Shown here: in pieces, positions 8,634 to 16,641 of the stretch
Position numbering within the stretch: position 1 is the first letter of the stretch
Layout: every line of letters starts with the position of its first letter
IMG/VR virus record: IMGVR_UViG_3300034073_003178
Location: 52,348 to 72,347 of that record
Source: an uncultured virus (IMG/VR IMGVR_UViG_3300034073_003178)
Lineage: Duplodnaviria; Heunggongvirae; Uroviricota; Caudoviricetes
Reading direction: 5' to 3' (one strand)
DNA length: 20,000 nt
Translations under genes and position numbers: made by a program
The notes under the pieces: generated by a model
Databases searched by the model: none
What the model was told of the DNA's origin: nothing
What the model saw: the letters and a program-made list of their open reading frames with translations, nothing else

Positions 8634-11600
8634 TTACCCCACAGACAATAAATCTATAACCGGATTACCGTAAGATTTTTTAGAAGGCATATTAATTATA
8701 CTCGTAGATTTTTGAACAACATTCATTCCACCTGAAGAAGGTCTAGGAATATAATTGTAAACTACTTTATCAGGAGCATTTTCAGAATATTCAGGTACAA
8801 TTTCTTCCAGTATTTTAATTAATGATTGTTTTGCATTTGACAACTGAGACTTGTTTTCCACTTCATTGATAATATCCATAAAATTTATTCCAAAAGTGTC
8901 TACAGAGTCTTTATCAATTATAAATTCTCCTGGATGTACTTTTGTTAGTCCTTCATTAACTGGACCTCCACCAAACTTACCAGCAGATCCCATTTTTTGT
9001 TTAATCATATTACGCATTTTATCACCACCACTTCCAGGTGAATCACCTTGTCTTAACTTAAATAAATCCCATCTAGATCCATCGCCACCCCAAGCAACAG
9101 GTCCGTGATTATCAGGATCTGACTTAGCACCTTGAGACCATAATGCTGGACTATTTTTTATTCCATCTTTCATTGAACCCACTTCAGCATGAGTTGCAAC
9201 ATTTCTAACATTAACCATTGATGGCGACCATCCCCAGGCTTTTGCAAGATTAGCAGCTTCTTGTGCCATTGCTTCATATTGCCTTTGAGTTGGAGTCTGT
9301 GATCCATAATTATTGAGATCAACACCCGCGCCTCCCATTCCTGCTACAGCCAATCCAACTCCTAAACTATTCCTATATGCAGTGTGTCCTTCTGGTGTAT
9401 TAAATTGACTATATGGTGTTCTTTGATATTTTTTTCCATCCTCAGTAAAAATAGCATGATATTTTCTTTCATATCCATATGGATTATTTCTAGCCGCAGC
9501 ATTCCAGTGTAAATAGATTTTACCTTTTTTACCAACGGGACCTAATGCTTCTGGATTTGTTGGAGTGTTTATTCCATTAGGATCCGGAATATTATCATCA
9601 TCACAAGAACAATCAGATACACTTCCTGCGGGAGAGGATGATGCTAAAGTTGTTGGAGATGCATTAGAAGGACTTGACGATGCTCCAAAATTAGGAACTG
9701 GAGCAACCTTAGTTCCTTTATAATTATAATGCCATCCAAAAACATTTGATCTAGAACTTCTGCTAATTCCAGAAACTCCTTGACCTTGCGCCTTAAAATC
9801 TGTTCTTCCTTGAATAAAACTTCTAGCACTAGCTTGTCTAGATGGATTTAACAATGTAGCAGCGACACTTTTCATAGTTTCTACCGATAACCCAGATGCA
9901 GCAGCTGCAGAAGCAGCATCTGTAATTGTAAACCACTGTCTATTTGGTCTACCTCTAGAACCCATACTCGGATATCGCCATGTTGGTTCATATTGCCATG
10001 CTGCAGTAATTAAATCCTTTATAGTTCTTCCCGAGTATGCCCCAGAAGCAACACGATTATAAATTGACTGTGCAACATCAGCAGATCCTTGTGGATCTGC
10101 ATCTTCCCTTGAAGCAACAGCAACAAGTGTCCAAAAATCTGCACTGCCTCCTTGAATATTTGCAGATCCTCCAGTGTCCTCGGGACAAATACAATCATCA
10201 CCCTCAGTTTTTGTACTACCACCAGTAGATTTTATTTTTTCCAACATCAACTGTTGCATAAGATCTGATCTGATCTTAGACATTTCTTTTGTCGTAAGTT
10301 CTTCAACAGATTTTGAAACTATTTTTTCAATGTCAAATTTTTCTATCTTAAAGTCATCAGAAAATGCACCTTCATCATAAGCTTTATTTAAAAATGAATC
10401 AAATCCTTGACCAATACTTTTATAATAACCATAATCTACAGTATCACCCATCATTACTTTCAATGGCATTGCCAATAATGGACCAATGAAAGGAACACTC
10501 GCAAAACGATAGTAACTATGAGACAAAAATCCAAAAGAATTCATTGTCTCTTCTTTTTTCTGTGGTCCAGTTCCTTCAGGAGATCTTATGTCTGATGGTT
10601 CTGGAAAAACTTTTTTAATTTGTTTAGTACCTCCAGTAATACTTCCCTGCCTTAATTTTGCAGGTTTTGGTATTACTCTTCTTTTTGGTTTTTTAATTTT
10701 TAGTTCTCTTTTTGGTATCTCACTTTGATATTGACCCCCACGAGTTGTTCCACCACTTACATAACCTCTAATTACTCCTCCACTATTCCATCCAAATAAA
10801 CCTTTAGATTTATTTTGAGAAGAACTTTTTGTTCCTTTATTTTTAAATAGAGCATCATATAATGCGCCACCGGCTTGATCTCCTAACCAACCACCGGCAA
10901 ATCCAGTTAATAGTGCAAAAGGTCCTCCCAATGCTGCACCAACTGCACCTAATAGTGTAGCACCTATTGCCTTAAATGCCGCTCTACCTGGATCTTCACC
11001 TAAAGCAACAGAGAGTCCAAAGTCCAATAAACCACCAATAATTGGAAGTTTCTTAGTAAATGGTTTTAAAAACTTAAGAGTTGTTTTTGCTCCACCTTTT
11101 CCCGCAAGACCAACAAATGCATTTCTTGCTAAATTAGTAGCACCAGATCTTGCATACTTACCACCTAAAGAACGAACTCCTTCTCTACCAAATCTTTTTA
11201 TTGCAGCATCTTTTCCAAATCTTTGAGCATATCTTCTTGCTGCTTGATTAGATGTACTAGGTACACCACTTGGTTTTCCTTTAATGCCTTGAGGAATATC
11301 AGTATCATAACCTCCCACACCACCACTTAATGCAAGATCAGCGAACAACATACCCGCAATAAGGGTATATTGTATCATATCTTGGAATTTACCCATAAAA
11401 TCTTCAAACTTTTTGGCAGTATCTTTACCACCAATTTTTTCAAAGACTTTTACAGTATTATCGTATGCTGAATATCCCCAATCAATAAAAGTAACTAATC
11501 CATCTAAGAGTTTTCCACCCCAATCAATAATACCATCCATTACTCCATTGATTATTGGAATCAACTTAGCAAGTGTTGGTAAGTTATCAATTAGACGAAC

Positions 11601-11975
11601 AAAAATAAATCCAAGAACAACATTAGTAATGAAATTAGTCAACCATCCAAATATCCCCAATTTAGGTTTTATTGGAATGATGTTCTTATTTTTTTCTTTT
11701 TTTGGTTTTTTCTTTTCTAAATTTTCTTCTTTTTTTCTAAATCTATCAATTTCGCTAGATCTTATTTTCTTCTTATTTTCATTCTTTTTAAATGTTAAAA
11801 AACTTTTTAATAAATCATCAATCTTAATAACTCTTTTTTCAATTTTTAAAACTACATTTGATTCATTTGATTTAATCTTAGTAGTTTTCTTTCCAATATT
11901 ATTTTTTGCAGAAAAAAATTTATCTGCTTTTATAATTTGATTATTTTTATTAATATTGGAATCTAAAAGTTTCAT
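8634..11975 (-). CDS. Tape-measure/gp29-like tail protein, paralog B, with SleB-like cell wall hydrolase and N-acetylmuramoyl-L-alanine amidase domains
   Basis: N-terminal ~400 aa clearly paralogous to 5544..8627. FWTLVAVASRED...ADVAQSIYNRV...TIKDLITAAWQYEP (Hydrolase_2/SleB-like). IYLHWNAA...YHAIFTEDGK...HTAYRNSLGVGLA...PTQRQYEAM...VATHAE (Amidase_2-like). C-terminal HPGEFIIDKDSV. Confidence 0.7.
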   Translation of the reverse strand: MKLLDSNINKNNQIIKADKFFSAKNNIGKKTTKIKSNESNVVLKIEKRVIKIDDLLKSFLTFKKNENKKKIRSSEIDRFRKKEENLEKKKPKKEKNKNIIPIKPKLGIFGWLTNFITNVVLGFIFVRLIDNLPTLAKLIPIINGVMDGIIDWGGKLLDGLVTFIDWGYSAYDNTVKVFEKIGGKDTAKKFEDFMGKFQDMIQYTLIAGMLFADLALSGGVGGYDTDIPQGIKGKPSGVPSTSNQAARRYAQRFGKDAAIKRFGREGVRSLGGKYARSGATNLARNAFVGLAGKGGAKTTLKFLKPFTKKLPIIGGLLDFGLSVALGEDPGRAAFKAIGATLLGAVGAALGGPFALLTGFAGGWLGDQAGGALYDALFKNKGTKSSSQNKSKGLFGWNSGGVIRGYVSGGTTRGGQYQSEIPKRELKIKKPKRRVIPKPAKLRQGSITGGTKQIKKVFPEPSDIRSPEGTGPQKKEETMNSFGFLSHSYYRFASVPFIGPLLAMPLKVMMGDTVDYGYYKSIGQGFDSFLNKAYDEGAFSDDFKIEKFDIEKIVSKSVEELTTKEMSKIRSDLMQQLMLEKIKSTGGSTKTEGDDCICPEDTGGSANIQGGSADFWTLVAVASREDADPQGSADVAQSIYNRVASGAYSGRTIKDLITAAWQYEPTWRYPSMGSRGRPNRQWFTITDAASAAAASGLSVETMKSVAATLLNPSRQASARSFIQGRTDFKAQGQGVSGISRSSRSNVFGWHYNYKGTKVAPVPNFGASSSPSNASPTTLASSSPAGSVSDCSCDDDNIPDPNGINTPTNPEALGPVGKKGKIYLHWNAAARNNPYGYERKYHAIFTEDGKKYQRTPYSQFNTPEGHTAYRNSLGVGLAVAGMGGAGVDLNNYGSQTPTQRQYEAMAQEAANLAKAWGWSPSMVNVRNVATHAEVGSMKDGIKNSPALWSQGAKSDPDNHGPVAWGGDGSRWDLFKLRQGDSPGSGGDKMRNMIKQKMGSAGKFGGGPVNEGLTKVHPGEFIIDKDSVDTFGINFMDIINEVENKSQLSNAKQSLIKILEEIVPEYSENAPDKVVYNYIPRPSSGGMNVVQKSTSIINMPSKKSYGNPVIDLLSVG
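11472..11574. repeat. 103-bp direct repeat, copy 2 (partner at 8118..8220)
   Basis: Same alignment as copy 1; 4 mismatches. Confidence 0.95.
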
Positions 11976-14728
11976 GTTACATTAATACCCAATTGTCTTT
12001 TTGATTGTGCCAGTGCAGATGAACCGGGAATTGAAGCAGAAACTGGTGGAAGTTTACCCATAGATACATTTCCACTTCCTCCACCATTAGAACTTTTTGG
12101 TGGTTGAGTTACCATTGAAGATACTGTAATAGATGGTCTTGATGATGGAGGATTTACTGGGGAATTCCTAGTTTGATTTCTTGACAATTGAGGTAATTTA
12201 TTTTCATATCCTCCTTTTACAGGATTAAAACTTGAATTCAAATTCATTTGATCATTTTGATCTTTTGGAATTATTTGATCTTTTGGAATTATTTGAATCT
12301 TTTTTTCTCCTGGAATAATTTCTTCTCCTTCTTGAACACGAAATGGAGGATAAATTTCTCCTGGATTTTTGGAAGGAGAAGGAGGAATATACAGATTATC
12401 TGGTCCAGATAATTGTTCACCATTTGGACCAATTTTAGATCCACTATTCTTTCCAATTATTCCATTAGGGATCATTCTTTGGCTTCTTAAGGCATTATCA
12501 ACCAGTCTCGCTATTGCTTGTTCCTTTGCCTTTGCAATTTGATCTGGAGTTGGAGGACTTATTAATGTGGTTCCATCTCCTTGCTGTCTTTGCTGTTCCA
12601 TATATTCCCTATAAGTCCTAGGAAATTCCCGTTCAACTAGGGCTCTTGCCCTTCTTCTCAATTCTTCTATGCTCATTGGACTAAGTTGCCCTCCATCCTG
12701 AAACTGGAATAAATTAGGGCCCCACAAACTAGGTAAAGGTTTATTTTTACCTGAAGGTTTATTTTTACCTGAAGGTTTAGTTGTATTTGAAGTTTGTTTA
12801 GAAACTTGAGATACTACATTTGGTGTTGGAGCAGGAGAATTTAATTTTGCATTATAAAACCATCCATGAAAATTATAATTCTTTCCTCTTGTAATATCAC
12901 CCTTATCAGGTTTCATGTAAGGTTTTTGACTTTCACCCATAAAATCAGTTCTACCACCAACAAAACCTTTTGCATTTTGCTGTAATGCTGGGTTTGTTAT
13001 AGATTTGACTGCCATATTCAGTTTATCTTTACCAACAGCAGCTTCTGCAGATTTTTGATCTTTTATTGCAGAAAAAGCACCAAAATTATCTCTTACTGGT
13101 TGATATTGCCATGCACCAGAGGCATCTCTACCCATTATAATTCCACTAATAGATTTCCCCCCAGGATAAGCACCAGTTGCTGCTCTATTATAAATTGACT
13201 GAGCAACATCTGCTTGACCTTGAGGATTTTGAGCATCTTCTTTAGCAGATAGCGCAGCCAATTTCCAAAATTCTGGAGAATTACTTACTAATCCACCACC
13301 GGCACGATGTTGAACATTTTGTACAATTTTAGGTACATTAGTTCCTCCACCAGCAGCATTCATGGATTCTAAAGTGTCCACACCATATTTTTGAACAGCA
13401 CCTTTTGACATTACAAACTCACCATCAGTAAGCATTGCTGGTACTTTGTCAGTTCCTTTTTTACCAGACACCAATCCTTGGAACATTTTAGGAACCTGTC
13501 CCATTCCCATACTCATCAATAGTCCAAGTGGGCCTAATGCCCCCATTCCAACTTTACCTAAAAGTTTACCAAGATCTGCTAAACCACCCCCAGCGGCATT
13601 CAATGTTGAGAATTTTGGTTCATCAGGAACATCAATATTAACAGGATTTAGTGATTGAGTATCTTCTTTATCATCACCCATTAAGGAATCAATACCTTTA
13701 TCAATAGCAAATCCTGTTAGTAAAGTTCCTCCAACTGCCAATCCAGTGTTTAATAAAGCACCTTTCCATCCACCACCTTTTCTTCCTCCAGAAAGTGCTC
13801 CTGCTGTCTTTAAACCTTTACCTTTTGCAATAGCAGCAATTAATTTGGCAATGATTTTTCCAAAACCAATTGCACCTTTAAGAGCAATTTTAACTACTGT
13901 TCTTGCTAGTTTACCAAAAGATGTTCCAAAAATAATATAAGCAGCCAACATTGTCGGCCACCAATCTTTGAAGAACCGAACAATACTACTAATTTTATCT
14001 TTGTTTTTTGGATCAGAAAACCAATCAAGAAGTTTTAAAACAACCTTTCCAAGAAAAACATTCCACAAAAAATTTAAAATATAATCCCAAATTGATTGGA
14101 ATGGTGCCATCATTTTTTTGACGGCAGACTTAATTCCATCAAATACTTTGGATTCTAAAGATTCTTCTCTCTTTTTTCTTCTCGCATTTTCTGCACCTTT
14201 CTTTTGCCTTTCACTTTCTTTTTTATTTTCTTTATTTAAATCAGTAAGAGTTTGAATAATAGAATCTAATCTTTCTATAATTCTATCTAATGGATCACTT
14301 TTCTTAGAAACTTTCTCTGTAATATCTTTTACATTTACAGATTGAACATAATTCTGATAGAAAAATTTATCTGCTGTTATTTTTCCTTTTTTAGATTTAA
14401 CAATTGATCCTGTTTTTGGAGGTGCTCCTCCTCCAGCACCAGTAGGCCCTCCAGATGGTGGTGGAGGAGAAGAAACTTTTGCTTTTTTCTGATTTATTTT
14501 AAATCTACCTTTATCTATTAATTTTTTAATTCTTTTAAGTTCATCTCTTAAAAGTTTGCTTTCTTCTGCTGGAAGTTTTTTTCCTCCAATCCCATCAATT
14601 GCTAACCTATTTAAAATATTTTTAAAATAAGTCTGGTAGTCCATTTCAGTACCAACCTTCAAATTGAGTAATCTAATAATTACTCCATCAATAGTTTCTT
14701 TGTTAATACTTCCTGGATTACCAGCCAT
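11972..14728 (-). CDS. Tape-measure/gp29-like tail protein, paralog C, with SleB-like cell wall hydrolase domain
   Basis: Coiled coil (ENARRKKREESLE), amphipathic WDYILNFLWNVFLGKVVLKLLDWF, tape-measure-associated motif GLVSGKKGTDKVPAMLTDGEFVMSKGAVQKYGVDTLESMN, and FWKLAALSAKED...ADVAQSIYNRA...WQYQP hydrolase domain. Directly downstream of gp26/gp51; overlaps paralog B by 4 bp. Confidence 0.7.
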   Translation of the reverse strand: MAGNPGSINKETIDGVIIRLLNLKVGTEMDYQTYFKNILNRLAIDGIGGKKLPAEESKLLRDELKRIKKLIDKGRFKINQKKAKVSSPPPPSGGPTGAGGGAPPKTGSIVKSKKGKITADKFFYQNYVQSVNVKDITEKVSKKSDPLDRIIERLDSIIQTLTDLNKENKKESERQKKGAENARRKKREESLESKVFDGIKSAVKKMMAPFQSIWDYILNFLWNVFLGKVVLKLLDWFSDPKNKDKISSIVRFFKDWWPTMLAAYIIFGTSFGKLARTVVKIALKGAIGFGKIIAKLIAAIAKGKGLKTAGALSGGRKGGGWKGALLNTGLAVGGTLLTGFAIDKGIDSLMGDDKEDTQSLNPVNIDVPDEPKFSTLNAAGGGLADLGKLLGKVGMGALGPLGLLMSMGMGQVPKMFQGLVSGKKGTDKVPAMLTDGEFVMSKGAVQKYGVDTLESMNAAGGGTNVPKIVQNVQHRAGGGLVSNSPEFWKLAALSAKEDAQNPQGQADVAQSIYNRAATGAYPGGKSISGIIMGRDASGAWQYQPVRDNFGAFSAIKDQKSAEAAVGKDKLNMAVKSITNPALQQNAKGFVGGRTDFMGESQKPYMKPDKGDITRGKNYNFHGWFYNAKLNSPAPTPNVVSQVSKQTSNTTKPSGKNKPSGKNKPLPSLWGPNLFQFQDGGQLSPMSIEELRRRARALVEREFPRTYREYMEQQRQQGDGTTLISPPTPDQIAKAKEQAIARLVDNALRSQRMIPNGIIGKNSGSKIGPNGEQLSGPDNLYIPPSPSKNPGEIYPPFRVQEGEEIIPGEKKIQIIPKDQIIPKDQNDQMNLNSSFNPVKGGYENKLPQLSRNQTRNSPVNPPSSRPSITVSSMVTQPPKSSNGGGSGNVSMGKLPPVSASIPGSSALAQSKRQLGINVT
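12256..12296. repeat. 18-bp tandem duplication (QIIPKD x2) in paralog C
   Basis: tttgatcttttggaatta repeated twice plus a partial third copy. Confidence 0.9.
12736..12779. repeat. 18-bp tandem duplication (KPSGKN x2) in paralog C linker
   Basis: aaggtttatttttacctg repeated twice plus partial aaggttta. Confidence 0.9.
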
Positions 14729-14903
14729 TACTTTGTTGTTGTTTTTGTTTGGTTTCTTCTTCTTCTAAATGTTGTTTCAAAAGTAGGACATAAACATCCC
14801 TTTCCCAAGGCATCATGTTTTCAATCTCAGTTAATGAATATTTATGATATTGCATTAACGAAAAGTTTAGACGAAAATAATTTTCAAGATCCATATGGAT
14901 CAT
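14718..14903 (-). CDS. gp51: Baseplate hub assembly catalyst, T4 gp51-like (possibly the -1 frameshift extension of gp26)
   Basis: LENYFRLNFSLMQYHKYSLTEIENMMPWERDVYVLLL is the characteristic gp51 motif of T4-like cyanophages; adjacent to gp26. Confidence 0.88.
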   Translation of the reverse strand: MIHMDLENYFRLNFSLMQYHKYSLTEIENMMPWERDVYVLLLKQHLEEEETKQKQQQSNGW

Positions 14904-14905
14904 TG

Positions 14906-15625
14906 CTAGACGAAAAAACTGGATAACCCTTCTATAACTACTTCACTTTCAACATCAGTGTTTGGATTCTTCACTTTAATAGTGTGAGATAATTTAGGCA
15001 TGGTTTCAAAGAATTTTTCAATTTGCTTAAATTGACTGGTATTCATTTGATCCAAAAATTCCATCAATTCCTTTTTAGTCACATCAGCAGTTGCCCATAC
15101 TTCTTCCTCATTGTAAATTTTATCAACACAAGAAGCAATGAGATCAAATGATTGATCTAATGCATTGTTATTTGAAATATCAAAATTACTCTTGATAAAT
15201 TGATCCAATGAAGGATATTTCATTTCCATCATTAAACTATCATCAAGTTTAATCTTGTTATCATGATCATCATTTTTTCTAACTTTAATGTCATCAACAT
15301 TAATTTTTACAGATACATTAGTTTCATTGTCATCTGGACAAATTATGTTGACTTCAATTTCTTCTCCAACTGATTTGGCACGAATATTTAAAAATAGATA
15401 CTCAATGTCAAAAGTAGGAAGTGTTTCTACTTTAATTCCTTTTGTTTCTATGCAATTTTTAATCACAGTTTTAATCGCATTAGTAATCTGTTTTGTATCT
15501 TCTGATTCTAATGCAATGACTAAAAGTTTTTCTTCTTTTACTAGGAATGGTCTATACTTTATAGTTTCTCCTGTTGATGGCAATTCCAACTCATATGTTG
15601 GGGTAGCAATTTTAGGTAAAGGCAT
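14906..15625 (-). CDS. gp26: Baseplate hub subunit/assembly chaperone, T4 gp26-like
   Basis: MPLPKIATPTYELELPSTGETIKYRPFLVKEEKLL...LPTFDIEYLFLNIRAKSVGE...FFETMPKL...EGLSSFF is the typical gp26 pattern. AAGGAG Shine-Dalgarno-like sequence at 15629..15634. Confidence 0.93.
   Translation of the reverse strand: MPLPKIATPTYELELPSTGETIKYRPFLVKEEKLLVIALESEDTKQITNAIKTVIKNCIETKGIKVETLPTFDIEYLFLNIRAKSVGEEIEVNIICPDDNETNVSVKINVDDIKVRKNDDHDNKIKLDDSLMMEMKYPSLDQFIKSNFDISNNNALDQSFDLIASCVDKIYNEEEVWATADVTKKELMEFLDQMNTSQFKQIEKFFETMPKLSHTIKVKNPNTDVESEVVIEGLSSFFV
14912..14918 (-). other. Candidate -1 ribosomal frameshift slippery site T TTT TTC
   Basis: gp26 ends AGT TTT TTC GTC TAG. The -1 frame reads TTT CGT CTA GCA ATG ATC CAT..., continuous with gp51. 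Palindrome GATCCATATGGATC (14888..14901) begins 10 nt downstream. Confidence 0.65.
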
Positions 15626-15653
15626 AATCTCCTTATAATAAACTCAGATACTT

Positions 15654-15661
15654 TATTTATA
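15654..15661 (-). promoter_or_regulatory. T4-type late promoter TATAAATA upstream of gp26
   Basis: Exact consensus (reverse complement of tatttata) in the intergenic gap, 28 bp upstream of the gp26 start. Confidence 0.85.
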
Positions 15662-15664
15662 GGG

Positions 15665-16606
15665 TTAAAATAGAGGTGTTGGATTTCTTAGATTTGAACT
15701 ATTCCAAGGGCGAGGTTGTCTAGTTCCACCATTTGTACCATCACCACCTAAATATGAACTATTCCAAAGGCGAGGTTCTCTAGTTGGATTTGGAGTATTA
15801 AGTTGAGTATTTGCAGATTGATTAAGAGTATTTGGAGATTGGTTTCTAAGAAGTTGAGAATTAAAATTAGCTTGTTGTTGTGGATTTAATGGAGCATTTG
15901 GTGTTGGAACTCCTGGTGGAGTAGATTGTCTTGGTTCTGTATTAGGAACAGAAGTTGTGGGGGGAGTAGAAGGAGTATTGGGTACTTGAGTACCACTAAT
16001 CCAATAGCGGGTATATGCAAAAGAAACAGTACATTTTAACAATTGAGAACTATCATAAGAAACTTGCATTGAGTTTATACTAATTGGAAATGCATTCACA
16101 AAATTATATGTGAGTTGTGGACTAGGGATACTTCTCTCAAACTTAGTAATTGAAATGCCCTCTCTTGTAATATAAGTATCAGGATAACTAACTCTATAAA
16201 AATAATTTTTATCTCTTATATTTTCATATTGTTCATTAGCAGCAAGTCCCATCCATGCCTCAAATAATCTTATTACATAATATTCTCTAGCATCCACATA
16301 AAAACTAAAATCTGCCCTATCATCATATAAACGACGATATACATGTTTTTCGGAAACTCCAGTAAAATCATTATTAATGTCATGAGTTGCCAATGTTGAT
16401 CCTGGTAAAGAAGCTTCAAAACAAGCAAGTGATACAAAATCAGATGTTTTCAATGGATTTATCTGTAATCTTGAATTTATAAACCCACTATCTGATCCTC
16501 CAGGAATCTTAAAATTACAAAGATAATGAGAAGTAAGAGCAGGTCTTAATAATTTTTCTCTTATACCTCTAACATTTATGCCATTTGATGATGCTACACT
16601 AGACAT
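15665..16606 (-). CDS. Tail tube-like protein (gp19/gp54 family) with low-complexity C-terminal extension
   Basis: LRPALTSHY...LACFEASLPGSTLAT...FSFYVD...FEAWM...YNFVNAFPISINSMQVSYDSSQLLKCTVSFAYTRY fits the tube-fold family. Position between gp4 and gp26 matches cyanophage synteny. Confidence 0.75.
   Translation of the reverse strand: MSSVASSNGINVRGIREKLLRPALTSHYLCNFKIPGGSDSGFINSRLQINPLKTSDFVSLACFEASLPGSTLATHDINNDFTGVSEKHVYRRLYDDRADFSFYVDAREYYVIRLFEAWMGLAANEQYENIRDKNYFYRVSYPDTYITREGISITKFERSIPSPQLTYNFVNAFPISINSMQVSYDSSQLLKCTVSFAYTRYWISGTQVPNTPSTPPTTSVPNTEPRQSTPPGVPTPNAPLNPQQQANFNSQLLRNQSPNTLNQSANTQLNTPNPTREPRLWNSSYLGGDGTNGGTRQPRPWNSSNLRNPTPLF
15695..15785. repeat. 31-bp direct repeat with 60-bp period (TR[E/Q]PR[L/P]WNSS x2)
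   Basis: tgaactattccaagggcgaggttgtctagtt (15695..15725) versus tgaactattccaaaggcgaggttctctagtt (15755..15785); 2 mismatches. Confidence 0.9.
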
Positions 16607-16609
16607 CTA

Positions 16610-16641
16610 ACTAAATATTCGTTGATTATAAAATATTTATG
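16610..16641. promoter_or_regulatory. Possible pair of oppositely oriented late-promoter variants serving the divergent genes
   Basis: ACTAAATA on + (16610..16617) upstream of gp4 and CATAAATA on - (16634..16641) upstream of the tube-like gene, at a 32-bp divergent gap. Confidence 0.55.

Noticed and set aside
8118..11574. 103-bp repeat pair as a diversity-generating retroelement template/variable region
   Set aside because: Both copies are in-frame parts of paralogous N-terminal regions, the four mismatches are not all at adenines of one copy, and no reverse transcriptase is in the window.
421..15638. Plus-strand ORFs antisense to the minus-strand operon (421..840, 2134..2421, 3271..3459, 7537..7779, 7757..7969, 8017..8223, 8461..8673, 8851..9108, 10037..10228, 10174..10380, 11413..11940, 13446..13658, 13746..13940, 15288..15638)
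   Set aside because: Shadow ORFs overlapping well-supported genes, mostly with alternative starts and no recognisable motifs. The similarity between 8017..8223 and 11413..11940 simply mirrors the 103-bp repeat.
15695..15785. 31-bp repeats separated by 29 bp as a mini CRISPR array
   Set aside because: Only two imperfect, non-palindromic copies, in frame within a coding region, and no cas genes.
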